From Candidatus Woesearchaeota archaeon (lineage in GTDB: Archaea > Nanobdellota > Nanobdellia > SCGC-AAA011-G17 > GCA-2687815), in contig CAZSRE010000002.1 in assembly GCA_964609195.1 (NCBI GenBank), positions 22,286 through 42,727 of the forward strand: a DNA stretch of 20,442 nt, given 5' to 3'. The translations under genes were made by a program, and so were the position numbers. This document shows positions 14,694 through 20,442 of this stretch, piece by piece (the stretch's first letter is position 1; each line of letters opens with the position of its first letter). The notes below the pieces were generated by a model, which did not search any database, was not told where the DNA came from, and saw nothing but the letters and a program-made list of their open reading frames with translations.

Positions 14694-14884
14694 AAAATTA
14701 TTCACAAATTCTAAAAAAAGAATTCCACAATTATGGTATTATGGTATTGACGTACATTCAGAGCTAGAAGAAATGGTTGATCCTTTGTATAAAGTAATTC
14801 TCTTTTTTCTTTCTTTTATCTATTTGCTATATATTCTTTGCAGTATAATATACATTTATATATTGTCTAGAGTTTTCTGTTGTT

Positions 14885-15202
14885 ATGTCACTAAAAGACT
14901 ATCAGATGAAAGTTGATGAGGCTGTTAAGGTGTATAAGCAACCATATTGGGATCCTATCTGGATTAGCTCACAGATTAGCGAAGAGTCTGGAGAGGTAGC
15001 GAGAGAGATAAATCATATGTATGGTCCAAAAAAGAAAAAGATTACAGAGGATACTAACAGTAATCTTGGAACAGAGCTCGGTGATTTAATCTTTGCAATA
15101 ATATGCATGGCCAATGTCCATAATATTGATTTGGATGAAGCATTTGACAAGACTATGCAGAAAATCTATGAAAGAGACAAAGATAGGTTCGAGAGGAAAT
15201 AA
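14885..15202 (+). CDS. MazG-like all-alpha nucleoside triphosphate pyrophosphohydrolase
   Basis: EESGEVAREI and ELGDLIFAIICMAN form the MazG EExxE ... ExxD metal-binding helices. The C-terminal DLDEAFDKTMQKIYERD also fits. The ORF is 105 aa. Confidence 0.85.
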   Translation: MSLKDYQMKVDEAVKVYKQPYWDPIWISSQISEESGEVAREINHMYGPKKKKITEDTNSNLGTELGDLIFAIICMANVHNIDLDEAFDKTMQKIYERDKDRFERK

Positions 15203-15238
15203 CTTTCTTTAAGTTTGATTGGTATAAAAACTTTATTG

Positions 15239-16111
15239 CTAAATCTTGGTTACTTTAACATCGTCTATCCAGTAGGTTACAGCAGTATTAAAAGGAATCA
15301 TAATGCCAGTAAGTGGTCGTGTGGTAGTACAAGTGTTAGAATATTGAGCCCAATCTAGTCCTAGAGTATGAGTTGTTGGGCAGAACAAGCAGTCTGCAGT
15401 ATCACATAAGGCTGAGCGCATAGTAGCAGGAGTGGAGTCGGCCTTTGCCCAGAAAGTAATGATGTATGTCCCTGCTGGAGGATAAATTGAGTAAAATTGA
15501 TACATAAATGGCCACCACACATCGTAAGGAGTGATAGTATCAACTTTGAAGGAATTAGAACCTGTATGGGGATTAGTTGAGTCTATAGAGCCTGTACCTG
15601 CTGATGATAGGTGATTATATAACCCCCAGTAATTAGCGCCATATACGCCATATTCCAAGCCGCCATTTAATACGTAATCATTTTCAACTTGGGTAACTAT
15701 GCTGCCTTTTCTTGTGTGGGTTACACCTAATGGTGATTCATAGGCGATGTCTATATCATTTTTAAATCTTGAGTTTGTTGTTAGAAGTGGATCACATGGT
15801 AGTATAATTATCTCTTTCTCTCCATCTAACAATCCATTATTAGCAGATACTGCTGTACATCCAGGAATGTTAACTGTAAATAGATTTAAATTCTGTCCAA
15901 GGCCATTCTGAACAACAAGACTGACTCCAACATTATTTGCAGTTACATCTGTACATGCAACACCTGGAAATAAGGTGCAGCTTTCTGGCAAAAATCTTGC
16001 AGAATTTAATACTCCAAAATAAGCAAGTGCAACTATAGTTATTAATACAGCTAATATTGCCCAACCATAGGTCATCAGGAACTCCATGGCAGCATGCCCT
16101 CTCTTTTTCAT
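15239..16111 (-). CDS. Archaeal type IV pilin-like protein (class III signal peptide) fused to a C-terminal CBM_4_9-like jelly-roll domain
   Basis: MKKRGHAAMEFLMTYGWAILAVLITIVALAYFG is the class III signal pattern ([KR]G-x-AAMEFL-x-TYGWAIL). The C-terminal ~140 aa (GGLEYGVYGANYWG..HTGSNSFKV..GTYIITFWAKAD..LDWAQYS..YWIDDVKV) follows the carbohydrate-binding-module pattern. Confidence 0.75.
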   Translation of the reverse strand: MKKRGHAAMEFLMTYGWAILAVLITIVALAYFGVLNSARFLPESCTLFPGVACTDVTANNVGVSLVVQNGLGQNLNLFTVNIPGCTAVSANNGLLDGEKEIIILPCDPLLTTNSRFKNDIDIAYESPLGVTHTRKGSIVTQVENDYVLNGGLEYGVYGANYWGLYNHLSSAGTGSIDSTNPHTGSNSFKVDTITPYDVWWPFMYQFYSIYPPAGTYIITFWAKADSTPATMRSALCDTADCLFCPTTHTLGLDWAQYSNTCTTTRPLTGIMIPFNTAVTYWIDDVKVTKI

Positions 16112-16132
16112 TAATATCTAAAAGAATAATGT

Positions 16133-16142
16133 GTTTAAATAT
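16133..16142 (-). promoter_or_regulatory. TATA box for the leaderless pilin gene
   Basis: On the minus strand this reads ATATTTAAAC, centred about 27 nt upstream of the start codon at 16111-16109. Confidence 0.45.
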
Positions 16143-16208
16143 CTTATTACTACATAAACATACTTCTGATGCAATTTTCTTAACCTATATATTTAATAAT
16201 CAAAATGT

Positions 16209-16218
16209 ATTTAAATAA
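16209..16218 (+). promoter_or_regulatory. TATA box for the leaderless surface-protein gene at 16242
   Basis: ATTTAAATAA is centred about 27-28 nt upstream of the ATG at 16242. Confidence 0.45.
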
Positions 16219-16241
16219 ACTATCTGCTAGCTAGTAATAAA

Positions 16242-16577
16242 ATGAGGAGATTTAACCACAGTAGTAAAAAGTTTGTTACATTCCTATTCTTGTTTATATA
16301 TATTTTAAGTATTGCTAATGCGCAGTCTGAAGACTTTTCTTTAAGCACAAATCAAAGCAGCAGCAGTGTATGCCCGGGCACAACTACGTTGTTTATTACC
16401 GAGATTACAAACACCGGAAGTTCAGATAGTGAGTATACAGTTAATACAGCTGGATCAGCAGGCAAATGGGCATTAAGTGTGCCTACAGGATTTATATTAA
16501 AGCCTGGAGAAAAGAAAAATATGTCACTCCTAAATCAAGTAGCCCTGCTGGAAGCTATACTGTTGATGTTTCTATAA
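16242..16577 (+). CDS. N-terminal fragment (signal peptide plus most of Ig-like repeat 1) of a surface protein split by a frame disruption
   Basis: The signal peptide is FVTFLFLFIYILSIANAQS. The repeat motif ITEITNTGSSDSEYTVNTAGSAGKWALSVPTGFILKPGEKK then breaks off into a nonsense tail after the A5 run at 16515-16519. Confidence 0.7.
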   Translation: MRRFNHSSKKFVTFLFLFIYILSIANAQSEDFSLSTNQSSSSVCPGTTTLFITEITNTGSSDSEYTVNTAGSAGKWALSVPTGFILKPGEKKNMSLLNQVALLEAILLMFL

Positions 16578-18709
16578 GCACAAGCAATGGACTGGTAAAA
16601 AGAGTAAGCTATACTGTTACTGTGAGAGATTGTTATGGTGTTCAAGTTTCTGGAGAACAGGGCAAGCAGATATGTCCTTGTGAATTAACTAAATATGATT
16701 TTGTTGTAAAAAACACAGGAGAGTTCCAGGAGACTTATAGATTAACAGTAAGCGGCAGTGCTGCTGGCTATGTTAAACTTAGCGAGAGTAGTGTTACTTT
16801 GCAGCCTGCAGAAAGCAAGACTGTATTTGCATATGTTCAGAATCTATGCAGCCTGGGAAGTGATGATTTCACAATAACTGCGACTGGCAGAGAGGTTGCA
16901 TCCTACACATCAAGCGTTGAAGTTAACTCCTGTTTCGATTACAGCGTGACGAGTGATAAAGATTTTATTACAATGTGCGACCACACGACAGAGACTTTAC
17001 CGATAAGCATCGGCAACAAGGGCAGTAAATCAAATGAGTACGCCTTAAGTATTGACGGACCGGCTTGGGCGAACCTAGAAAAAACAAGCTTAGTTCTGGG
17101 ATCTGGGCAGAGTGCTAGCATAAATCTTATTCTAAGTCCGGACTACAATGAAGTGGGCAACTTTAACGTCAATTTTAAGGCTGTATCTCAACTTGGAGAG
17201 GTAGAGGCTGTTAAGCCAATAAATGTCAACGTGAAAGAATGCAATAAGGTTGCTGTGGAATTAAAAGAAGAGAATGACAGGATATGTGCAGAGCTAGGAA
17301 AAAGCTACCAAGTTATTGTAAAGAATACTGGAGAGATAAAGAACGATTACAAGATTAGCCTGGATGGACCTGGATGGGCTGGCTTAGATAAGCAGCTTGT
17401 TAGCTTAAATGGTGGGGAAGAAGCTAGCCTAAACCTGAATTTAAAACCAGAGAAGAATGACATTGGAAAAAGGAATATAATAATCAGGACAGGAACATTA
17501 GACCAGGCAATAACCAGCCAGGATGAAATCCAGATAGAAGTTGTATCAAGCGAGAGTTGCTTTAAGCCAGAGCTTAGTCTTGAAAATGATAGGCTTGATA
17601 TAGAAACTGAGAGCAGTGCAACTATTCCGATTACAATTAAGAACTCAGGAGTTGAAGAAGCCAACTATGAACTAAGTGTTAGCGGAGATGCGGCAGGCTT
17701 TTCTCAATTAAACCCTAGCTCACTAAAATTAAACTCTGGAGAGAGCGAGACTGTCTATCTTTATGTTGCGCCAACAGAAGATGTTAATGAAGGACTGCAT
17801 AAGGCAACCATAACTGCCAAATTAGAAAATAGTGCTGTGCTTGACAGCCAGACACTAGATATAAATGTTAAACAGAGCTCTTTAGAAAAGACCTCGGAGA
17901 AACAAGGCTCTGAAGAAACTTCTACAGAAGAAAGCACTGTAGATCAGCAAGATGGAAATCAAACTGGATTGGAAGGTGTCACAGGCGGGGCGGTTGGTGG
18001 ATTTGGAAGAGTTGTAAATGATTATAAATATTATATCATATCTGCATTTGTTATACTGGTTATTATAATCTTATTACTAAGATTCAGAGAGAAAAAACTA
18101 TCTATAGAGCAATGGGAAAAAGAAGTAGAGAACGATAACAATTATGGACAGCGGAATAATGCAGATAACATGAAGTTATTTGGCTGGATAGCTGCCGGCG
18201 TAATTTTGGCAATATTTATAGTCCTCGGATGGATGTATGCAAGCTTTGTAAGAGCATATGTTTATTATATCATAACTGGAATTGTTTTGCTTATTGTAGC
18301 ATTATTCATCTTGAAATATAAAAGTTCTATATTCAATTTCTTTGAGGAAGACAACAAACCTTTTGAAAAAAGCTTTGATGGAAAAGGAAGCGTTGACGGG
18401 AAGAAAAGCGTTGACGGAAAAGAACAAACTCAATCTGGAGTGGCTGAGGTAAAAAAAGCAGTGGAAAGTAAAGCTGAACAACCAAAAACGCAAGTACAAC
18501 CTGGAATTATAGTTCATAAGAGTGAGAGCCCAGATCATAAAGCTGTAAGAGTAGAGCAACAGCCTTTTGGAAAAAGCCTGGGGAAAAAGAGCTCTTTGGA
18601 AAAGACCTCGGAGAAACAAGTAAAAGGCTCGCAAAAAGAAACACAAAAGAGCTCTTTGGAAAAGACCTCGGAGAAAGAAAAAAAGAGCGATGAAGAGCTA
18701 TATTACTAG
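16466..18709 (+). CDS. Main part of the same surface protein: Ig-like (CARDB/COG1470-type) repeats, three TM helices and a Lys/Glu/Ser-rich repeat tail
   Basis: Meaningful coding in this frame starts near 16517 (..KYVTPKSSSPAGSYTVDVSIS completes repeat 1). The ATG at 16466 is an artefact. With the N-terminal fragment there are five repeats of about 100 aa. TM helices are YYIISAFVILVIIILLL, LFGWIAAGVILAIFIVLGW and YYIITGIVLLIVALFIL. The tail carries SSLEKTSEK motifs. Confidence 0.8.
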   Translation: MGIKCAYRIYIKAWRKEKYVTPKSSSPAGSYTVDVSISTSNGLVKRVSYTVTVRDCYGVQVSGEQGKQICPCELTKYDFVVKNTGEFQETYRLTVSGSAAGYVKLSESSVTLQPAESKTVFAYVQNLCSLGSDDFTITATGREVASYTSSVEVNSCFDYSVTSDKDFITMCDHTTETLPISIGNKGSKSNEYALSIDGPAWANLEKTSLVLGSGQSASINLILSPDYNEVGNFNVNFKAVSQLGEVEAVKPINVNVKECNKVAVELKEENDRICAELGKSYQVIVKNTGEIKNDYKISLDGPGWAGLDKQLVSLNGGEEASLNLNLKPEKNDIGKRNIIIRTGTLDQAITSQDEIQIEVVSSESCFKPELSLENDRLDIETESSATIPITIKNSGVEEANYELSVSGDAAGFSQLNPSSLKLNSGESETVYLYVAPTEDVNEGLHKATITAKLENSAVLDSQTLDINVKQSSLEKTSEKQGSEETSTEESTVDQQDGNQTGLEGVTGGAVGGFGRVVNDYKYYIISAFVILVIIILLLRFREKKLSIEQWEKEVENDNNYGQRNNADNMKLFGWIAAGVILAIFIVLGWMYASFVRAYVYYIITGIVLLIVALFILKYKSSIFNFFEEDNKPFEKSFDGKGSVDGKKSVDGKEQTQSGVAEVKKAVESKAEQPKTQVQPGIIVHKSESPDHKAVRVEQQPFGKSLGKKSSLEKTSEKQVKGSQKETQKSSLEKTSEKEKKSDEELYY
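17874..17906 (+). repeat. Coding copy 1 of module X (SSLEKTSEKQ)
   Basis: AGAGCTCTTTAGAAAAGACCTCGGAGAAACAAG matches 18588-18620 at 32 of 33 positions. Confidence 0.85.
18585..18676 (+). repeat. Two perfect 32-nt direct repeats with a 60-nt period (coding copies 2 and 3 of module X)
   Basis: AAAAGAGCTCTTTGGAAAAGACCTCGGAGAAA occurs at 18585-18616 and at 18645-18676. Confidence 0.9.
18680..18709 (+). repeat. Left copy of a 30-nt direct repeat (gene terminus, encodes KKSDEELYY-stop)
   Basis: AAAAAGAGCGATGAAGAGCTATATTACTAG matches 19039-19068 at 27 of 30 positions. Confidence 0.85.
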
Positions 18710-18715
18710 GAGGAT

Positions 18716-19012
18716 ATGATGGAAAACAAACTGAAAATGATGATGGCCGGATTAGGATTGGCAGGATTAGTAAACTTATCTTGTGACCATATTGAAAAAG
18801 AGAATATGTTATTTGAATGCGAGGCTGGAAATGCTAGGGTTAAGATTATAGAAGAAGTAGTGAGCCGGGATTATGATAAAACAAGACTTGAGGTATATGA
18901 CAAAGATGGGAAGAATGTGCTTATTATGCAACAGTATGCAAATGGTTATATCAACTGCAATGATGGAATGAAAAGGATATATCAGGGGGAAGTAGCCAAG
19001 ACTAAAAAATGA
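18716..19012 (+). CDS. Small exported, possibly lipoprotein-like, protein
   Basis: GGAGG at 18709-18713 overlaps the upstream stop codon. ATGs occur at 18716 and 18719, and the 5-nt spacing favours 18719. The hydrophobic N-terminus ends in a Cys (MMMAGLGLAGLVNLSC), which is lipobox-like but not canonical. Confidence 0.55.
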   Translation: MMENKLKMMMAGLGLAGLVNLSCDHIEKENMLFECEAGNARVKIIEEVVSRDYDKTRLEVYDKDGKNVLIMQQYANGYINCNDGMKRIYQGEVAKTKK

Positions 19013-19068
19013 TTATTAGAGAACAGAAACCAGCAGACAAAAAGAGCGATGAAGAGTTATATTATTAA
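19009..19068 (+). CDS. 19-codon mini-ORF preserving the KKSDEELYY tail (speculative)
   Basis: The ATG at 19009-19011 overlaps the TGA at 19010-19012 (ATGA). It translates as MIIREQKPADKKSDEELYY-stop and contains the right copy of the 30-nt repeat (19039-19068). Confidence 0.25.
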   Translation: MIIREQKPADKKSDEELYY

Positions 19069-19090
19069 ATGAGTAGATATTCTAAACCTT

Positions 19091-19420
19091 ATGAAAAATA
19101 AATGGATTTTAATTTTTTATAATGCTATACCCATAATACTGATGATTGTTTTAATACCTTTGATAGTGAATGATTATCTGCTTAGTCTGGTTTACTTAAT
19201 AATAATTGGAATTTCTTTGTATGTAAAACATTATAAAAATGACTTCTTAGTTATGTGTTTTGGATTTGTAATAATGATTATAGCCGAGACAATATTCATT
19301 AGTACTGGAGTAGAGACATTTAATAGAACTAGTTTGCTTGGGATAATGCCAATATGGTTGCCTGTGTTGTGGGGATATTCTTTTATCGCTATCAAGCGAG
19401 TTGTGTTGTTATTGCGTTAG
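19091..19420 (+). CDS. Small integral membrane protein (3-4 TM helices)
   Basis: This 109-aa ORF is almost entirely hydrophobic (ILIFYNAIPIILMIVLIPLIV, LLSLVYLIIIGISLYV, LVMCFGFVIMIIAETIFI, IMPIWLPVLWGYSFIAI). I do not recognise the family. Confidence 0.55.
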   Translation: MKNKWILIFYNAIPIILMIVLIPLIVNDYLLSLVYLIIIGISLYVKHYKNDFLVMCFGFVIMIIAETIFISTGVETFNRTSLLGIMPIWLPVLWGYSFIAIKRVVLLLR

Positions 19421-20442
19421 ACCTTGACTGCTAAGCCTTTAAGCTTATCTTTATTCTGATAATAATTAGATAGAACGCTGCAGGCTCTAGAAAGATCTGC
19501 ATCTTCTGTTCCTGCAACCAACAGCACATAATAACCATTGTTGTTAAACAAACTGAGTATAGCTTCTCCCTGCTTGTACTGCCAGCCTTCCGGGACTAAC
19601 TTTGTGTATAACTGGTTAGACTTGCCTATCGCAATTATATTTTGATTATATTCTGACAAATCAGCTCCTTTAATTATATCTGGAACTGCAAGTGGCTGCG
19701 TTTTTGAAATTGACTGGCCATTAATCTTTATGTTTGCTTTTACCTGATTGTCTGGAATCCTCAGCTCAACATCTTCATCGTCTACACCATTCTTAATGTC
19801 TGAAATTATTATGCCATACCTGCTTCTCTGGTCAAGCTCATAACTGCTTATATCTTTTTCATCCTGCCCATACAATAGCTTATTTATACCATTGAGATTT
19901 GATTTTGTCCTTATGATTATATCATCGTTTGTAATTCCTGTGCCTGATGGGGCAAATACTATATCTAGGCTGGACAGATCCCCTTCAGATGATATCTTAA
20001 CATCATCTCCAGATGTCTTGCCAAATGATACAGATGCAAACTGCAGCACAGAATTTGTAGCTGAATATGTTCCTGCCCATTTTACCTGGTTAGAATCCTC
20101 GTACAGAACATCTACGGTGTTTGAGCTGTTGGGCCTGAGGTAGATAATAGATGCTTTCTTGCTGCCTGACTTATCTGTGAGAAAACTAGATGTTTTAATC
20201 TCCAAACCATTTGCATGCCCTGACATTATCTGTATAACATCTTGCGATGATAGATGAGGGAATGCATTGCTAACGTCTATGCTTTGTTTTGAGATGCGAT
20301 AGTTTGAATATAGCTCTGTGTTTAATGAATCAAAACAGATGCTGATGAACTTATTAGGAATATCTATGCAGCTCTTTATTCCAACCTCTCCTGTAATGTC
20401 AAAATCATTCCTTATTCCTATAGTTGGACCGCCTGACGAATA
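19417..20442 (-). CDS. Surface (S-layer-like) protein, 5'-partial (continues beyond the window end)
   Basis: I translated 20227-20442 on the minus strand by hand. It has no stop, so the ORF extends upstream of the Met at 20226. The C-terminal NIIAIGKSNQLYTKL..YYVLLVAGTEDADLSRACSVLSNY resembles the conserved C-terminal block of archaeal S-layer proteins. Its stop overlaps the stop of the convergent gene (TTAG). Confidence 0.55.
   Translation of the reverse strand, partial: YSSGGPTIGIRNDFDITGEVGIKSCIDIPNKFISICFDSLNTELYSNYRISKQSIDVSNAFPHLSSQDVIQIMSGHANGLEIKTSSFLTDKSGSKKASIIYLRPNSSNTVDVLYEDSNQVKWAGTYSATNSVLQFASVSFGKTSGDDVKISSEGDLSSLDIVFAPSGTGITNDDIIIRTKSNLNGINKLLYGQDEKDISSYELDQRSRYGIIISDIKNGVDDEDVELRIPDNQVKANIKINGQSISKTQPLAVPDIIKGADLSEYNQNIIAIGKSNQLYTKLVPEGWQYKQGEAILSLFNNNGYYVLLVAGTEDADLSRACSVLSNYYQNKDKLKGLAVKV

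Noticed and set aside
14691-14930. A short ORF (25 codons, ATGA-coupled at 14691) and a 47-codon hydrophobic ORF overlapping the MazG-like start
   Set aside because: They are too short, AT-rich and without motifs. They cannot be distinguished from chance ORFs using sequence alone.
16466-16516. ATG at 16466 as a genuine start of the large surface-protein ORF
   Set aside because: The first ~17 codons (MGIKCAYRIYIKAWRKE) overlap the repeat-1 coding frame of ORF 16242-16577 and have no signal peptide. Sense only begins where the frames switch at the A5 run.
18585-18676. Two perfect 32-nt repeats with a 60-nt period, which superficially resemble a CRISPR array
   Set aside because: There are only two tandem copies, plus one distant copy. 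They lie in-frame inside a long ORF and encode the same peptide. No cas genes or leader are present. I interpret them as a coding repeat related to the spacer modules.
212-20143. Nineteen antisense or overlapping ORFs in the track: 212-436, 1479-1712, 1783-2016, 2185-2400, 5254-5511, 5794-6054, 6174-6431, 6395-6703, 7288-7500, 9420-9749, 11852-12100, 12612-12971, 13269-13538, 13752-14000, 15361-15543, 16939-17121, 17347-17664, 18302-18646, 19892-20143
   Set aside because: Each lies opposite, or in another frame of, a longer ORF with recognisable motifs. Their translations are low-complexity Ser/Leu/Phe/Val-rich shadows. One example is the poly-Val run opposite the poly-Thr tract.
1-20442. Scan for rRNA, additional tRNAs, CRISPR arrays, transposase or integrase genes, and defence-system hallmarks
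   Set aside because: Only one T-arm-like GGTTCAAATCC occurs (10126-10136). No ORF shows DDE, tyrosine-recombinase or Cas-like motifs that I can recognise. The helicase is a standard XPD with its Fe-S cysteines.

Overview
This is an archaeal chromosomal window. Evidence: BRE/TATA boxes centred about 27 nt upstream of many start codons, class III (prepilin-type) signal peptides, an archease-RtcB pair, an XPD helicase and an intron-containing tRNA-Trp. It is AT-rich and tightly packed. The lineage cannot be fixed from the sequence; the many small, anchored surface proteins suggest an uncultured or DPANN-like archaeon, which is inference only.

The left half (1-10.2 kb) is mostly housekeeping:
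- a DUF2157-like/GDYXXLXY membrane pair and a pilin-like protein
- archease plus rtcB
- a very AT-rich free-standing LAGLIDADG endonuclease-like gene whose 3' end runs antisense into rtcB
- a Zn-ribbon miniprotein
- a GTPase/DUF2073-like/Zn-ribbon trio
- XPD
- a UPF0175-like HTH plus PIN pair
- tRNA-Trp(CCA) with a 52-nt intron

The right half (10.3-20.4 kb) is a cell-surface island:
- four signal-peptide proteins with C-terminal TM anchors, one carrying a poly-Thr linker and one split by a 1-nt frame disruption
- a pilin fused to a CBM-like jelly-roll domain
- a MazG-like protein
- small membrane and lipoprotein-like ORFs
- a partial S-layer-like gene

The most unusual signal is a family of short modular repeats made of A/T tracts around AAGCTT, including a hairpin with a 9-bp stem and 3-nt loop. 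These fill the spacers after + strand genes. The same modules also occur in-frame inside the archease gene, inside the tRNA-Trp intron, and as the translated C-terminal tail of a surface protein. A 30-nt copy of that gene's terminus, differing only at silent positions, brackets a small inserted ORF. I found no CRISPR array, rRNA, transposase or integrase.
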